Part shown: positions 16,714-26,051 of the stretch, in pieces
Layout: the number at the start of each line of letters is the position of its first letter
Position numbering within the stretch: the stretch's first letter is position 1
Source: Vicinamibacterales bacterium
GTDB taxonomy: Bacteria > Acidobacteriota > Vicinamibacteria > Vicinamibacterales > UBA2999
Length of the DNA: 45,253 nt
NCBI GenBank assembly: GCA_039934485.1
Contig: JBDTMB010000002.1
Span: 1 to 45,253 of the forward strand
Direction of reading: 5' to 3'
Notes under the pieces: generated by a model
Databases searched by the model: none
Seen by the model: the letters and a program-made list of their open reading frames with translations, nothing else
What the model was told of the DNA's origin: nothing
Program-made: the position numbers and the translations under genes

Positions 16714-18545
16714 CGGCGCGTGGCACGAACCTGCGGCAGGTCTTCGATCGGGCCCCGGCGATCCTGCGCGAACTGATCAGGACGTCGCCGCGCGAGACCG
16801 CGGCCGGCGCGGTCCTGTTGCTGGTCCTGACCTTCACGGAAGGCGTGGGCTTGCTCTTGCTCGCGCCGCTCCTGCAACTGGTCGGGGTGGTCGAACAAAA
16901 CCCGCTGCCGCGACCGGCCGGCTGGCTCGAGGACGTGTTGGCCCTGCTCGGGTTGCAGCCGACGCTCGGGGCCGTCCTCGTGCTCTTCGTGGCCATTGCG
17001 GCGATTCGTGTGGTGCTGCAACGCTGGCAATCCCGGCTCAATGCCGCCGCGCGCGAGAACCTGACGGCGGCGTACCGGGTTCGCATCTACCGCGCCATTG
17101 CGGCGGCGGAGTGGCGCTTCCTGGTCACGCGGACGCCGTCGGACTTTGTCCACGCGCTCACCAGCGAGGTTGGCCGCGTTGGCGCGTTCGCCAGCCGGCT
17201 CACCGATCTCGCGATCGCGGTGCTGACCTCGGCGGTGTACCTGGCGCTGGCCCTCCGCCTCTCGCCTCCGATCGCCGTCCTCGTGTTGTGCAGTGCCGCG
17301 ATCCTGGCGTGGCTGGCGCGAAAGTCGCTGAGCCAGGCCAGCGTGATCGGCGCGCGCTCGTCGGCCACCAACGCCCGCCTGCACACCGCGGTGGCTGAAC
17401 ACATGGCCAGCCTGAAGACGGCGCGCGCCTATGGGGCTGCCGAGCGGCACGCCGGTGTGTTTGCCGATCTGGCGTGGGCCTCTCGAACCGTGAGCCTGGA
17501 GGTCACTGCTGGTGAGACCGGCCTTCAGCAGACCCTCGAGCTCGGGTCGACCATCCTGCTCGCGGCCATTGTCTTTGTGTCCGCGGAAATCCTCTTCGTG
17601 CCACCGGCGGTACTGCTGGTGCTGCTGTATGTGTTTGCCAGGCTGATGCCGAGATTGATCACGATTTATCGGCATTTGCAGAGCCTGGCGCTGCTGCTCC
17701 CGGCCATCGATGAGGTGGCGCGTCTCGAGCGCGAATGCGTGGCTGCGGCCGAACCAGTCCCCGCCGTCGAGCGCGAGCCGCCGGCGCTCGAGGACAGCAT
17801 CCGTTTCGAGGATGTCTCGTTCCAGTATCTCAGGCGAGCGAGCACCGACGCGGTGGGCGGCTTGACGCTCAGGATCGCCGCCGGCGTCACCACCGCGATC
17901 GTCGGGCCCTCGGGGTCCGGCAAGAGCACGCTGGCCGACTTGCTGCTGGGCCTGCTGTCACCCACGACCGGACGCGTGATGGTGGACGGTGAACCGCTCA
18001 CCACGAGCAACCTGCCGGCGTGGCGGCGGCAGGTCAGCTACGTGGCGCAGGACACGTTTCTCTTTGACGACACGGTGCGGGCCAATCTCGCGTGGGCCCG
18101 CCCGGCCGCGACCGAAGCGGAAATGTGGGAGGCCTTGCGGCTCGCTGCCGCCGATCGCTTTGTCGCCGGCCTGCCCCAGGGGATCGACACGCTGGTCGGC
18201 GAACGCGGCGTGACGCTCTCGGGCGGCGAACGCCAGCGCCTGTCGATCGCGCGCGCGCTCTTGCGTCAGCCTCGCATCCTGGTCCTCGATGAAGCCACCA
18301 GCTCGCTCGACACGGAAAACGAGCTGCGCATCCAGCAGGCGATCGACGGCCTGCAGCATCGCATGACGATTGTGATCATCACGCACCGGCTCTCGACCAT
18401 TCGCCACGCCGACGTGATCCACGTGATGGAAGACGGCCGGGTCGTGCAGTCCGGCACCTGGCACCAGTTGCTGGCGCAGCCGCTCGGGCGCTTTTTCGAG
18501 CTCGCGCGCAGGGTCAATGGCGACGCCGTCGCCGAACGGGTATGA
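16710..18545 (+). CDS. Fused TMD-NBD ABC exporter (MsbA/PglK type)
   Basis: Six predicted N-terminal helices. Walker A GPSGSGKST, signature LSGGERQR, Walker B ILVLDEATSSLD. ATG 16710 gives an ATGA overlap with the upstream stop; GTG 16701 is an alternative start. Confidence 0.92.
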   Translation: MTARGTNLRQVFDRAPAILRELIRTSPRETAAGAVLLLVLTFTEGVGLLLLAPLLQLVGVVEQNPLPRPAGWLEDVLALLGLQPTLGAVLVLFVAIAAIRVVLQRWQSRLNAAARENLTAAYRVRIYRAIAAAEWRFLVTRTPSDFVHALTSEVGRVGAFASRLTDLAIAVLTSAVYLALALRLSPPIAVLVLCSAAILAWLARKSLSQASVIGARSSATNARLHTAVAEHMASLKTARAYGAAERHAGVFADLAWASRTVSLEVTAGETGLQQTLELGSTILLAAIVFVSAEILFVPPAVLLVLLYVFARLMPRLITIYRHLQSLALLLPAIDEVARLERECVAAAEPVPAVEREPPALEDSIRFEDVSFQYLRRASTDAVGGLTLRIAAGVTTAIVGPSGSGKSTLADLLLGLLSPTTGRVMVDGEPLTTSNLPAWRRQVSYVAQDTFLFDDTVRANLAWARPAATEAEMWEALRLAAADRFVAGLPQGIDTLVGERGVTLSGGERQRLSIARALLRQPRILVLDEATSSLDTENELRIQQAIDGLQHRMTIVIITHRLSTIRHADVIHVMEDGRVVQSGTWHQLLAQPLGRFFELARRVNGDAVAERV

Positions 18546-19705
18546 GCGTTCGCCCACCTTCGCCAAGGCTTCGGCGGACCAGCCCTGGCGTCGTCTCGAC
18601 GGTCCTGGCGGTCTACAACCGGCCGCAGTTGCTCGTCGAAGCCGTGAACAGCGTCCTGTCGCAAACCTATCGGCAGTTGGAGATCGTGATCGTCGACGAC
18701 GGATCGACCGACGCCACCCCGGAGGTGGCGCAGTCATTCGCGGCGCGATATCCCGACCTCGTGCGCTATGTCCGCCAGGACAACGCGGGTCATCCCGCGG
18801 CGATGAACACCGGCCTGAACTACGTCACGGGAGAGTTCATCCAGTTCCTGGACTCCGACGACTTGCTGCTGCCCGAGAAGTTCGCCGTCCAGGTGGCGGG
18901 CCTGCGGTCCCATCCGGATTGCGGGATCGCCTATTGCTACGCGCGCGAGTACGTGCTCGGCGGCACGTGGTCGGGCCGGCCGGCCCGCCGGACCGCCGAG
19001 ACGTTCACGCACCTGTTCCCGGCGCTGCTGGCCGGCAAGATCTGGCCGAACCCCGCACCACTTTTTCGGCGTGAGGTCGTGGACGCCAATGGACCCTACT
19101 GCAACGTGGCCGTTCAGTACGACTGGGAATACGAATCCCGCGCCGGCGCGCGCGGCGTGCGGTTGCACCATTGCCCCGAGTTTCTCTCCGACACGCGCGG
19201 CATCCATCACCTTGAAGGGCGCCGGAAGGGCGGCGTGCCTCCCGCGAAGCTGCCCGATCTGGCGCTGGTCCATGAACGCATCCTTGGCCACGCGCGCGAG
19301 GCCGGGATGACGGCGCCGGCGCTTGACGGGTATTCGAGGCAGTTGTTCCGGGTGTCTCGCCGGTGCGCGAGCGCCGGGTTTGAAGCCGAGGCGCGGCGCT
19401 GTCTCGAGCTCGGCCTGGGCGCCGCGTGCACGCCGATGCGACGCTGGCGAATGCGGCTCTACGCGGCCGCGTCGGATCGTTTCGGGTGGCCAGGCGTCGG
19501 TGCCTGGATCGAGCGCCTCGATCACACCGCGCTGGTGCGCGGCTACCGCGGCGCCAGGCGATGGCCGTCGGCGTTCGCCGAACGATGGATCTATCGCGCG
19601 CGTGTGGCGCGCCAGGTCATCTCTGGTCAACCGGTGAGCGATTGGCCGCATCTGCTATCGTCGCGCTGGGCCGCGCGGCAGTCGCGTCAGCACCTCATCC
19701 CGTGA
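18542..19705 (+). CDS. Glycosyltransferase family 2 (paralog of 1273-2394)
   Basis: VSTVLAVYNRPQLLVEAVNSVLSQTYRQLEIVIVDDGSTDAT and FLDSDDL. Colinear similarity to the 1273 gene through the C-terminal ...RQSRQHLIP. Confidence 0.9.
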   Translation: MSVRPPSPRLRRTSPGVVSTVLAVYNRPQLLVEAVNSVLSQTYRQLEIVIVDDGSTDATPEVAQSFAARYPDLVRYVRQDNAGHPAAMNTGLNYVTGEFIQFLDSDDLLLPEKFAVQVAGLRSHPDCGIAYCYAREYVLGGTWSGRPARRTAETFTHLFPALLAGKIWPNPAPLFRREVVDANGPYCNVAVQYDWEYESRAGARGVRLHHCPEFLSDTRGIHHLEGRRKGGVPPAKLPDLALVHERILGHAREAGMTAPALDGYSRQLFRVSRRCASAGFEAEARRCLELGLGAACTPMRRWRMRLYAAASDRFGWPGVGAWIERLDHTALVRGYRGARRWPSAFAERWIYRARVARQVISGQPVSDWPHLLSSRWAARQSRQHLIP

Positions 19706-20682
19706 CGGTCCTCTCCCTGCCCGGCCGGGCCGTGCGTTACGCCCTGAGGCGCGGCAACGAAGCCGGTCACATGGTGCGGGGGAAGTACATCCTGTACCGC
19801 TACGCCGCGCATTATCGGCGGGCCCGGCGTCTCTACCAGAGGTCCAATGCGCCGGCCGCGCGCACAGTTGCTTCGCTCTACGAGACCGGCGTGCGAGTGA
19901 TCCGGCCGGCTGCTGGCGACGCCGCGATTGCCTTGCCTTCCGGATACGGTGCGCTGGTCGACAGGGTGGCGCGCAGCGTCGCGGCCGCCTTCGAGCGCTC
20001 GGCGCATTGCCATTTCTTCCCCGGGCTGCCGGCGGGTGCGATGGCGGAGCGGACCGCAGACGTTCCCGCGGTCGTCAACGGCGAGGTCATCGCGCTGCAG
20101 TTGCTGGACCCCTTCGTGATTGATGGTGTGCGCGATCTGTGCGAGCCGCTGCTCCAGGAACTCGAACGGGCGCTGTACGGGTCCTTCACGATTGCCGACA
20201 AAGTCTACATCTACCGAAATCCGGTGAGCCACCAGTTGCCCCGCACGTCCTGGCGATGGCACTTCGACAACCATCCGCGAGAGATGTTGAAGGTGATGGT
20301 CTACCTCACGGATGTGGACGAAGGCACGGCGCCGTTTCAGTACCTGAGGGAACGATCGTCCGGCCAGCCGCTCGCCGGATCGCCGCTGACACCGATGTTC
20401 GGCAATAGCCGGGTGGCGGACGAGGACATCGAGCGCCGCCTGGCGGCGGACTGGATCTGCCAGAGCGTCACCGGCCCACGCGGCACAATCGTGGTCTTCG
20501 ACGACAACATCATCCACCGCGCCACGTTGGCGAAATCCGCGCATCGCGACGTGGTGGTCTTCCAGGTTCGGCCCGCGGCCTTTCAACCCGCGGCCCGGCT
20601 CGATCCCAAATGGACGGGGTCATTTGGTCACCGCGCCTTCAACGGCAATCCCTGGGAGCTGGCCCCCGGCCCTCGCGCATGA
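19702..20682 (+). CDS. Fe(II)/2-oxoglutarate dioxygenase, PhyH-like
   Basis: WRWHFDNH (HxD) and TIVVFDDNIIHRATL (distal His). GTG 19702 makes a GTGA overlap; ATG 19771 is an alternative start. Confidence 0.6.
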   Translation: MTVLSLPGRAVRYALRRGNEAGHMVRGKYILYRYAAHYRRARRLYQRSNAPAARTVASLYETGVRVIRPAAGDAAIALPSGYGALVDRVARSVAAAFERSAHCHFFPGLPAGAMAERTADVPAVVNGEVIALQLLDPFVIDGVRDLCEPLLQELERALYGSFTIADKVYIYRNPVSHQLPRTSWRWHFDNHPREMLKVMVYLTDVDEGTAPFQYLRERSSGQPLAGSPLTPMFGNSRVADEDIERRLAADWICQSVTGPRGTIVVFDDNIIHRATLAKSAHRDVVVFQVRPAAFQPAARLDPKWTGSFGHRAFNGNPWELAPGPRA

Positions 20683-20998
20683 GCGTCCGCCACGCTGGCG
20701 GACACCCGCCGCACGCTGGCCGCCCAGCTGGCCGCCGGGATGGCGCGCGCCGACGCGGCGGCGCGAATCCTCGCTGCGGTCAAGCCCGACGTCGCCCATC
20801 GCGGATTTACGACCGATGCCGAGACCCGCGACGCCTACCTTGGCTTGGGTGTCGGCGATCGAAAGCCTCCCGCCGCCTACGGCGGGCGAGCGCGAGCTGG
20901 CCGAGCGGTTTGCGTACGGCGGCTGGGCCGCCGCCGGCCGGCAGGAAGACTTCCTCTGGCGTCCGCCCCTGGACGCCGCCCTCGATCGATCCGCGTGA
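20683..20998 (+). pseudogene. Decayed, 5'-truncated, internally deleted and frameshifted relic of a paralog of the 2391-4124 gene
   Basis: Block 1: TLAAQLAAGMARADAAARILAAVKPDVA matches TLAAHLASGMARADVSQRLIDTVKPDLA. Block 2: HRGFTTDAETRDAYL matches HHGFTTDSDSREEYL. Block 3, in another frame: VSAIESLPPPTAGERELAERFAYG...WAAAGRQEDFLW matches VAAIETLPPLSPVERELAERFAYG...WAADGRQEDFLW. Confidence 0.75.
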
Positions 20999-21000
20999 CC

Positions 21001-22644
21001 ATGAGCGGTACTAGCGAACTCACCGGTTTGTCCGACCGCCTGGCGCGTCGCGTCGGTGCGGAGCACGCGCACCTGCAGCTGGTCCGCGACTTCGAGCGCC
21101 TCATGGAGGGCGCGCCCGACTGGCGGGTGTCGGCGCCAGGCGGCCCGAGGGTTGGCGTGGCGACGTTTGGCAGCGGCGGCTGGCACTTCGTGCTGGAAGC
21201 GTTGCTGGCCCACGCGCTCGCCGCCCGTGGCGCCCAGGCCCAACTACTGATCTGCGACCTGCCGGACCTGCCGATCTGCGATGAGCGCACCGTCCACTCC
21301 AGGGAGATCGACCGCTGTGCCGGCTGCTTCCGCGACAAGCGCGCGTTGATTGAGGCCAGCGGCCTGCCGTGGCGCGGCATCAGTTCGCTGGTGGGCGTGG
21401 ACTCGTTGCCGCGCGCCCGCGCGACCGTGGCGGCGCTTGATGATGCCGCGCTCGAGGCGCACGTCGAGCGTGGCTGGCCGATCGGCCGGTGGCTGCACGT
21501 GTCGGCCTGTCACTATTTGCGCTGCGACGCGAGGGGGGAGGAGCCCGAAAAAATCGACACTCGGCGCCGCCTGCTTGCCGTCGCGATCGTGATCGTCGAG
21601 GCAGTGGAGCGCTGGCTGGACGAGACGCGGCCGGACCTCCTGATTGCGGAAAGCGGCGCGCACGTCGAGTGGCGCATCGCGATGGAGCTGGCGCGGGCCC
21701 GCGGCATTCGGGTGACCTGCCGGGAGATGGGGAAGGGCGGCTGGGATCATCACCTCTACGCCTTCGACGCCGACTGCATGGCCCCGAACCTGGACGAGGA
21801 GTGGAGCCAGATCAGGCAGGTGCCGTTGTCGTCGTCTGCGGAATCCGCCGTTGACGCCTTTCTCGATCAATTGCCGGCGAAGACCTACCCTCAACGCACG
21901 TCGAGCCCGCGCGGGCGGGCCGATCTCCAGTCCAGCCTTGGCATCCCGCCCGGACGCCGCATCGCGGTGGCCTTCACCAACGTCACGTGGGATCTGGCCA
22001 CGGCCGGCCGCGACGTCGCGTTCACGAGTGTGCTTGACTGGGTGCGCGACACCATTCAGGTCGTCGGCCGGCATCCCGGCACGCACCTGATTCTGCGGGC
22101 GCATCCGGCCGAAGCGAGCGTGACGACCCGCGAGCGCATCCTCGATCAAGTGGCGCGCGAATGGCCGGGCGGGCTGTCGCACGTCACCTTGTTGCAGCCG
22201 GAAGCGCCGATCGCCGCACGGGACCTGTTCGAGATCGCCGACCTGGTGCTGGCCTACAACAGCACCGCCGGCCTCGAAGCCGCGAGCCACGGCTGCACGA
22301 CGATCGTGTGCGGCCGCCCGCATTATCGAGGCAAGGGATTCACCATCGACGTCAACTCGCGCCAGGACTACGACGGCGTGCTCGCGGGCTGGGCCAACGG
22401 GCAACCGGTGGCGGCGCCGCCGAACGCCCGCGAACTGGCGCGGCGGTACTTTCACTTGTTCTTCCTGCGCTACCACGTGCCGCTGGGCTGGACGACGAGT
22501 CCGCTCGAGCCGCCGTACGAGCTCCTGGTCCGCTCGATGGACGAACTTGGCCCGGGAGCCAACCCGGTGCTCGACCTGGTCTGTGACGGCATCCTCAACG
22601 GCCGTCAGGTGCTGCTGCCGCGGGAGGCCGCATGCACGCCGTAA
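21001..22644 (+). CDS. Capsule polysaccharide biosynthesis-like protein (PF05159-like, distant paralog of 2391-4124)
   Basis: HLILRAHPAE and LVLAYNSTAGLEAASHGCTTIVCGRPHYRGKGFT. ATG 21001 is chosen because the in-frame upstream extension from 20740 consists of the relic. Confidence 0.65.
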   Translation: MSGTSELTGLSDRLARRVGAEHAHLQLVRDFERLMEGAPDWRVSAPGGPRVGVATFGSGGWHFVLEALLAHALAARGAQAQLLICDLPDLPICDERTVHSREIDRCAGCFRDKRALIEASGLPWRGISSLVGVDSLPRARATVAALDDAALEAHVERGWPIGRWLHVSACHYLRCDARGEEPEKIDTRRRLLAVAIVIVEAVERWLDETRPDLLIAESGAHVEWRIAMELARARGIRVTCREMGKGGWDHHLYAFDADCMAPNLDEEWSQIRQVPLSSSAESAVDAFLDQLPAKTYPQRTSSPRGRADLQSSLGIPPGRRIAVAFTNVTWDLATAGRDVAFTSVLDWVRDTIQVVGRHPGTHLILRAHPAEASVTTRERILDQVAREWPGGLSHVTLLQPEAPIAARDLFEIADLVLAYNSTAGLEAASHGCTTIVCGRPHYRGKGFTIDVNSRQDYDGVLAGWANGQPVAAPPNARELARRYFHLFFLRYHVPLGWTTSPLEPPYELLVRSMDELGPGANPVLDLVCDGILNGRQVLLPREAACTP

Positions 22645-23507
22645 CCATCGGTAACCGGCGCGTCGGCCCCGGCGAGCCGGCGATGATCGTCGCCGAGATC
22701 GGGATCAACCACAACGGCAGCCTCGATCTCGCACGGCAGTTGATCGCCGCCGCGGCGGCCGCCGGCTGCCACGCGGTGAAGTTCCAGAAGCGGAGCGTCG
22801 CGGCCGTCTACACCGCCGCCGAGTTGGCTCAGCCCAGGGAGAGCCCCTTCGGCACGACGGCCGGCGATCTGAAACGCGGCCTCGAGCTCGGCCGCGACGA
22901 GTACGTCGAGATCGATCGCGCCTGCCGCGAGGCCGGGCTGATCTGGTTTGCGTCCTGCTGGGACGAGGCGGCGGTGGACTTCATGGCCGAGTTCGCTCCG
23001 CCCTGCTTCAAGATTGCGTCGCCATGCCTGACCGACCACGCGCTGTTGCGACGGCATCGGCAGACCGGGCGGCCGATCCTCCTCTCCACCGGCATGAGCA
23101 CCATCGCCGAGATCGACGCCGCGGTTGAGGTGCTGAGCCGCGATGCCCTCGTGTTGATGCACTGCACCAGCACCTACCCGAGCAAGGCCGATGAACTCAA
23201 CCTCCGGATGATCCCGCGCCTGATCGAGCGCTATGGGGTGCCGGTGGGCTATTCGGGCCATGAGGTGGGGCTGGCGACCACGGTCGCCGCCGTCGCCCTT
23301 GGCGCCACCGTGATCGAGCGCCACCTCACGCTCGACCGGGCGATGTGGGGCAGTGACCAGGCCGCGTCGGTCGAGCCGCAGGGGTTGGCACGGCTGGTCA
23401 AGGACATTGGCGCCGTCGAGCGCGCGCTTGGTGACGGCGTCAAGCGTGTCTACGCGAGCGAAGTGCCGAACCTGCGAAAGCTGCGCCGGGTAGGACGCGC
23501 GGAGTGA
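22632..23507 (+). CDS. NeuB-family (sialic/ulosonic acid synthase-like) PEP-condensing enzyme lacking a SAF domain
   Basis: IVAEIGINHNGSLDLARQLIAAAAAAGCHAVKFQKR. 291 aa ending shortly after the TIM-barrel part. SD GGGAGG lies 4 nt upstream of the start. Confidence 0.8.
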   Translation: MHAVTIGNRRVGPGEPAMIVAEIGINHNGSLDLARQLIAAAAAAGCHAVKFQKRSVAAVYTAAELAQPRESPFGTTAGDLKRGLELGRDEYVEIDRACREAGLIWFASCWDEAAVDFMAEFAPPCFKIASPCLTDHALLRRHRQTGRPILLSTGMSTIAEIDAAVEVLSRDALVLMHCTSTYPSKADELNLRMIPRLIERYGVPVGYSGHEVGLATTVAAVALGATVIERHLTLDRAMWGSDQAASVEPQGLARLVKDIGAVERALGDGVKRVYASEVPNLRKLRRVGRAE

Positions 23508-24316
23508 ACCCGATCGGCATCATGCAGGGCCGCTTGTCGCAGCGCCAGGGCGCGAGCGCGCAGGCGTTTCCCTGGCTGTCGTGGCGAGAGGAGTTCGCGC
23601 AGGCCCGCGAGTGCGGCTTTACCCGCCTCGAATGGCTGGTGGCCGCCGACCGCCTGGACGAGAACCCGCTGTGGACGGACGAAGGCGTCCGCGAGGTGCA
23701 ACGGCAGGTCGCCACCACCGGCGTGGCCGTGACCTCAGTTTGTGCCGACTGTTTCATCCGCCGCCCGTTCATTCGGGTCCCGGAGCGCGAGCGGCAAGCC
23801 AACCAGGCAGCGCTCGAGCGGCTGGTCGTGCGCTGCGCGCAGATTGGCATCGAGGTGGTCTTGATCCCCCTGCTCGAGGGCGGTGCCATCCGCGATCGGC
23901 GCGAAGGCCTCGCGGTGCTCGAGGGCCTGCAACGCGCGCTCGCGATCGCCGAAGCGAGCGGCATCCAGTTGGGACTTGAATGCGATCTGCCCGGGCTGGT
24001 GTTGCGCGAGCTGATCGATCAGTCCGGCCTGCCGGCGCTGGGCGCGTACTACGACGTGGGCAATGCCGTCGCGGCGGGGCACGATGTCGTCGCCGACGTG
24101 CGCGCGCTCGGCGGCGTGTTGTGCGGGATTCACCTCAAGGATCGCAAGCGTGATGGCCCCAGCCTGATGCTCGGCGAAGGCGACGTGAACTTCACGGAAT
24201 TCTTCAACACCCTGGCCGCCGTCGGTTATGGGGGCCCGTTGATTCTCGAGACGCCGGCGGGCACCGATGCGATGGCATCGGCCCGCAGGAATCGCGCGTT
24301 TATCAAGGCCGAATGA
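23504..24316 (+). CDS. Sugar phosphate isomerase/epimerase (xylose isomerase-like TIM barrel)
   Basis: 270 aa with GFTRLEW, VVLIPLLEG, GIHLKD and PLILE segments typical of the AP_endonuc_2/xylose-isomerase-like fold. GTGA overlap. Confidence 0.6.
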   Translation: MNPIGIMQGRLSQRQGASAQAFPWLSWREEFAQARECGFTRLEWLVAADRLDENPLWTDEGVREVQRQVATTGVAVTSVCADCFIRRPFIRVPERERQANQAALERLVVRCAQIGIEVVLIPLLEGGAIRDRREGLAVLEGLQRALAIAEASGIQLGLECDLPGLVLRELIDQSGLPALGAYYDVGNAVAAGHDVVADVRALGGVLCGIHLKDRKRDGPSLMLGEGDVNFTEFFNTLAAVGYGGPLILETPAGTDAMASARRNRAFIKAE

Positions 24317-25296
24317 AGATCCTGGTGGCCGGGCTCGGCAGCATCGGACAACGGCACGTCCGCAATCTGCGCACGCTGCTTGGCGGCGACGTCGAGATCC
24401 TGGCGTATCGCGTACGCGGGCGGCCAGGCACGATCACCGAATCGATGACCATCGATCCCGCCGAGGACGTTGAAGCCAAATACCACATTCGATCCTTCGA
24501 CCGCCTCGACACCGCCCTCGCCGAACGGCCCGATGCCGTCCTGGTCTGCAATCCGACCAGCCTGCACCTCGTCACCGCGCTGGCCGCCGTCCGCGCCGGT
24601 TGCCATGTGCTGGTCGAAAAGCCGCTGGCCGATTCGCTCGAGGGCGTTGACGAACTGATTGCGCTCGCCGAACGCCAGGGCGTAATCGTGGCTGTCGGCT
24701 ACCAGATGCGGTCTCATCCGGCGCTGGTGGGCTTGCGCGACGCGCTCTGCCGCACGGCCCTCGGCCAGGTGACCGCCGTTCGGGCGGAGTTTGGCGAGTA
24801 CTTGCCCGCGGCCCATCCGTACGAAGACTACCGGCAGTCGTACGCCGCGCGCGCCGCGCTCGGCGGCGGCGTGCTCCTCTGCTACATTCACGAATTCGAT
24901 TACCTGTGCTGGCTGTTCGGGATGCCGCGGCGGGTGTTTACGGTCGGCGGCCGGTCCGGCTCGCTCGACCTGGACGTCGAGGATCACGCGCTGACCACCA
25001 TGGAGTGCGGCGTCAACGGCCGGCCGGTGACGATCGAACTGCGACAGGACTTTCTCCGGCGTCCGGCGGTGCGGACCTGCGAAGTGATTGGCGACGCCGG
25101 CACCATCCTCGTCGACCTCAACGCGGCCGGCTTCGAGCGGAACCAGTTGTTCCTCGACGAGATGCGGCACTTTCTTGCCGCGCTCGCCGGCGCGGACACG
25201 CCCCTGGTCGGCGCCCGCGAGGCCTCGCGGAGCCTTCGCGTCGCGCTGGCCGCGCGCCAGTCCCTGGCGAGCGGACAGGCCGTCGAACTGTCATGA
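24313..25296 (+). CDS. Gfo/Idh/MocA family oxidoreductase
   Basis: MKILVAGLGSIGQRHVRNL (Rossmann) and HVLVEKPLA (EKP motif). ATGA overlap. Confidence 0.85.
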   Translation: MKILVAGLGSIGQRHVRNLRTLLGGDVEILAYRVRGRPGTITESMTIDPAEDVEAKYHIRSFDRLDTALAERPDAVLVCNPTSLHLVTALAAVRAGCHVLVEKPLADSLEGVDELIALAERQGVIVAVGYQMRSHPALVGLRDALCRTALGQVTAVRAEFGEYLPAAHPYEDYRQSYAARAALGGGVLLCYIHEFDYLCWLFGMPRRVFTVGGRSGSLDLDVEDHALTTMECGVNGRPVTIELRQDFLRRPAVRTCEVIGDAGTILVDLNAAGFERNQLFLDEMRHFLAALAGADTPLVGAREASRSLRVALAARQSLASGQAVELS

Positions 25297-26051
25297 CGAC
25301 CCGGCGCGAAGTGCTGGCCTTGATCCCCGCGCGTGGCGGCTCGAAGAGCATTCCGCGCAAGAACCTCCTGATGCTGGCGGGGAAGCCGCTGATCGCCTAT
25401 TCCATCGAGCAGGCGCTGGCCTCGCGACAGGTGACGCGGACGATCGTCTCCACCGACGATCCGGAGATCGCGGAGGTTGCGCGCGCCTGTGGCGCGGAAG
25501 TGCCGTTCATGCGGCCCCCGGAGTTCGCCGAGGATCTGTCGCCTGACGTGGATGTGTTCCGTCACGCGTTGACCACCCTGCGCGACTCGGAGGCGTATTC
25601 CTGCGAGTGCGTCGTGCACCTCCGGCCGACCGGCCCGGTGCGGCAGGTCGCCCGCATTGACGAAGCCATCGAGATGTTCCTGCGGACCGCTGATGCCGAT
25701 TCGCTGCGCTCGGTGACGTCGCCGGCACAATCGCCCTACAAGATGTGGCGCGTCGCCGATGGTCTTCTCGAGCCGCTGGTGCGGGTCGAAGGTCAGGCGG
25801 AGGCCCACAGCCTGCCCAGGCAAATGTTGCCGGACGTGTTCTGGCAGAACGGTTATGTTGATATTGTGCGTCCGCGCGTGGTGCTCGACCTTGGCATGAT
25901 GGCCGGGCACCGGATTCTTCCCTTCATCGTCCACGAGCCGGTGCTCGAGCTTGACTATCCCGAAAACATTCCGTTGATCGAGGCCGCTCTCCGTCGCCTG
26001 CAGGCGGGCACCTGGCGCGATGCGCCCTCCGGCATGCGGCACCCGGTATGA
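25293..26051 (+). CDS. Acylneuraminate (CMP-ulosonic acid) cytidylyltransferase family protein
   Basis: ALIPARGGSKSIPRKNLLMLAGKPLIAYSIEQAL. ATG 25293 (ATGA overlap) is chosen instead of the long out-of-context extension from 24906. Confidence 0.88.
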   Translation: MTTRREVLALIPARGGSKSIPRKNLLMLAGKPLIAYSIEQALASRQVTRTIVSTDDPEIAEVARACGAEVPFMRPPEFAEDLSPDVDVFRHALTTLRDSEAYSCECVVHLRPTGPVRQVARIDEAIEMFLRTADADSLRSVTSPAQSPYKMWRVADGLLEPLVRVEGQAEAHSLPRQMLPDVFWQNGYVDIVRPRVVLDLGMMAGHRILPFIVHEPVLELDYPENIPLIEAALRRLQAGTWRDAPSGMRHPV

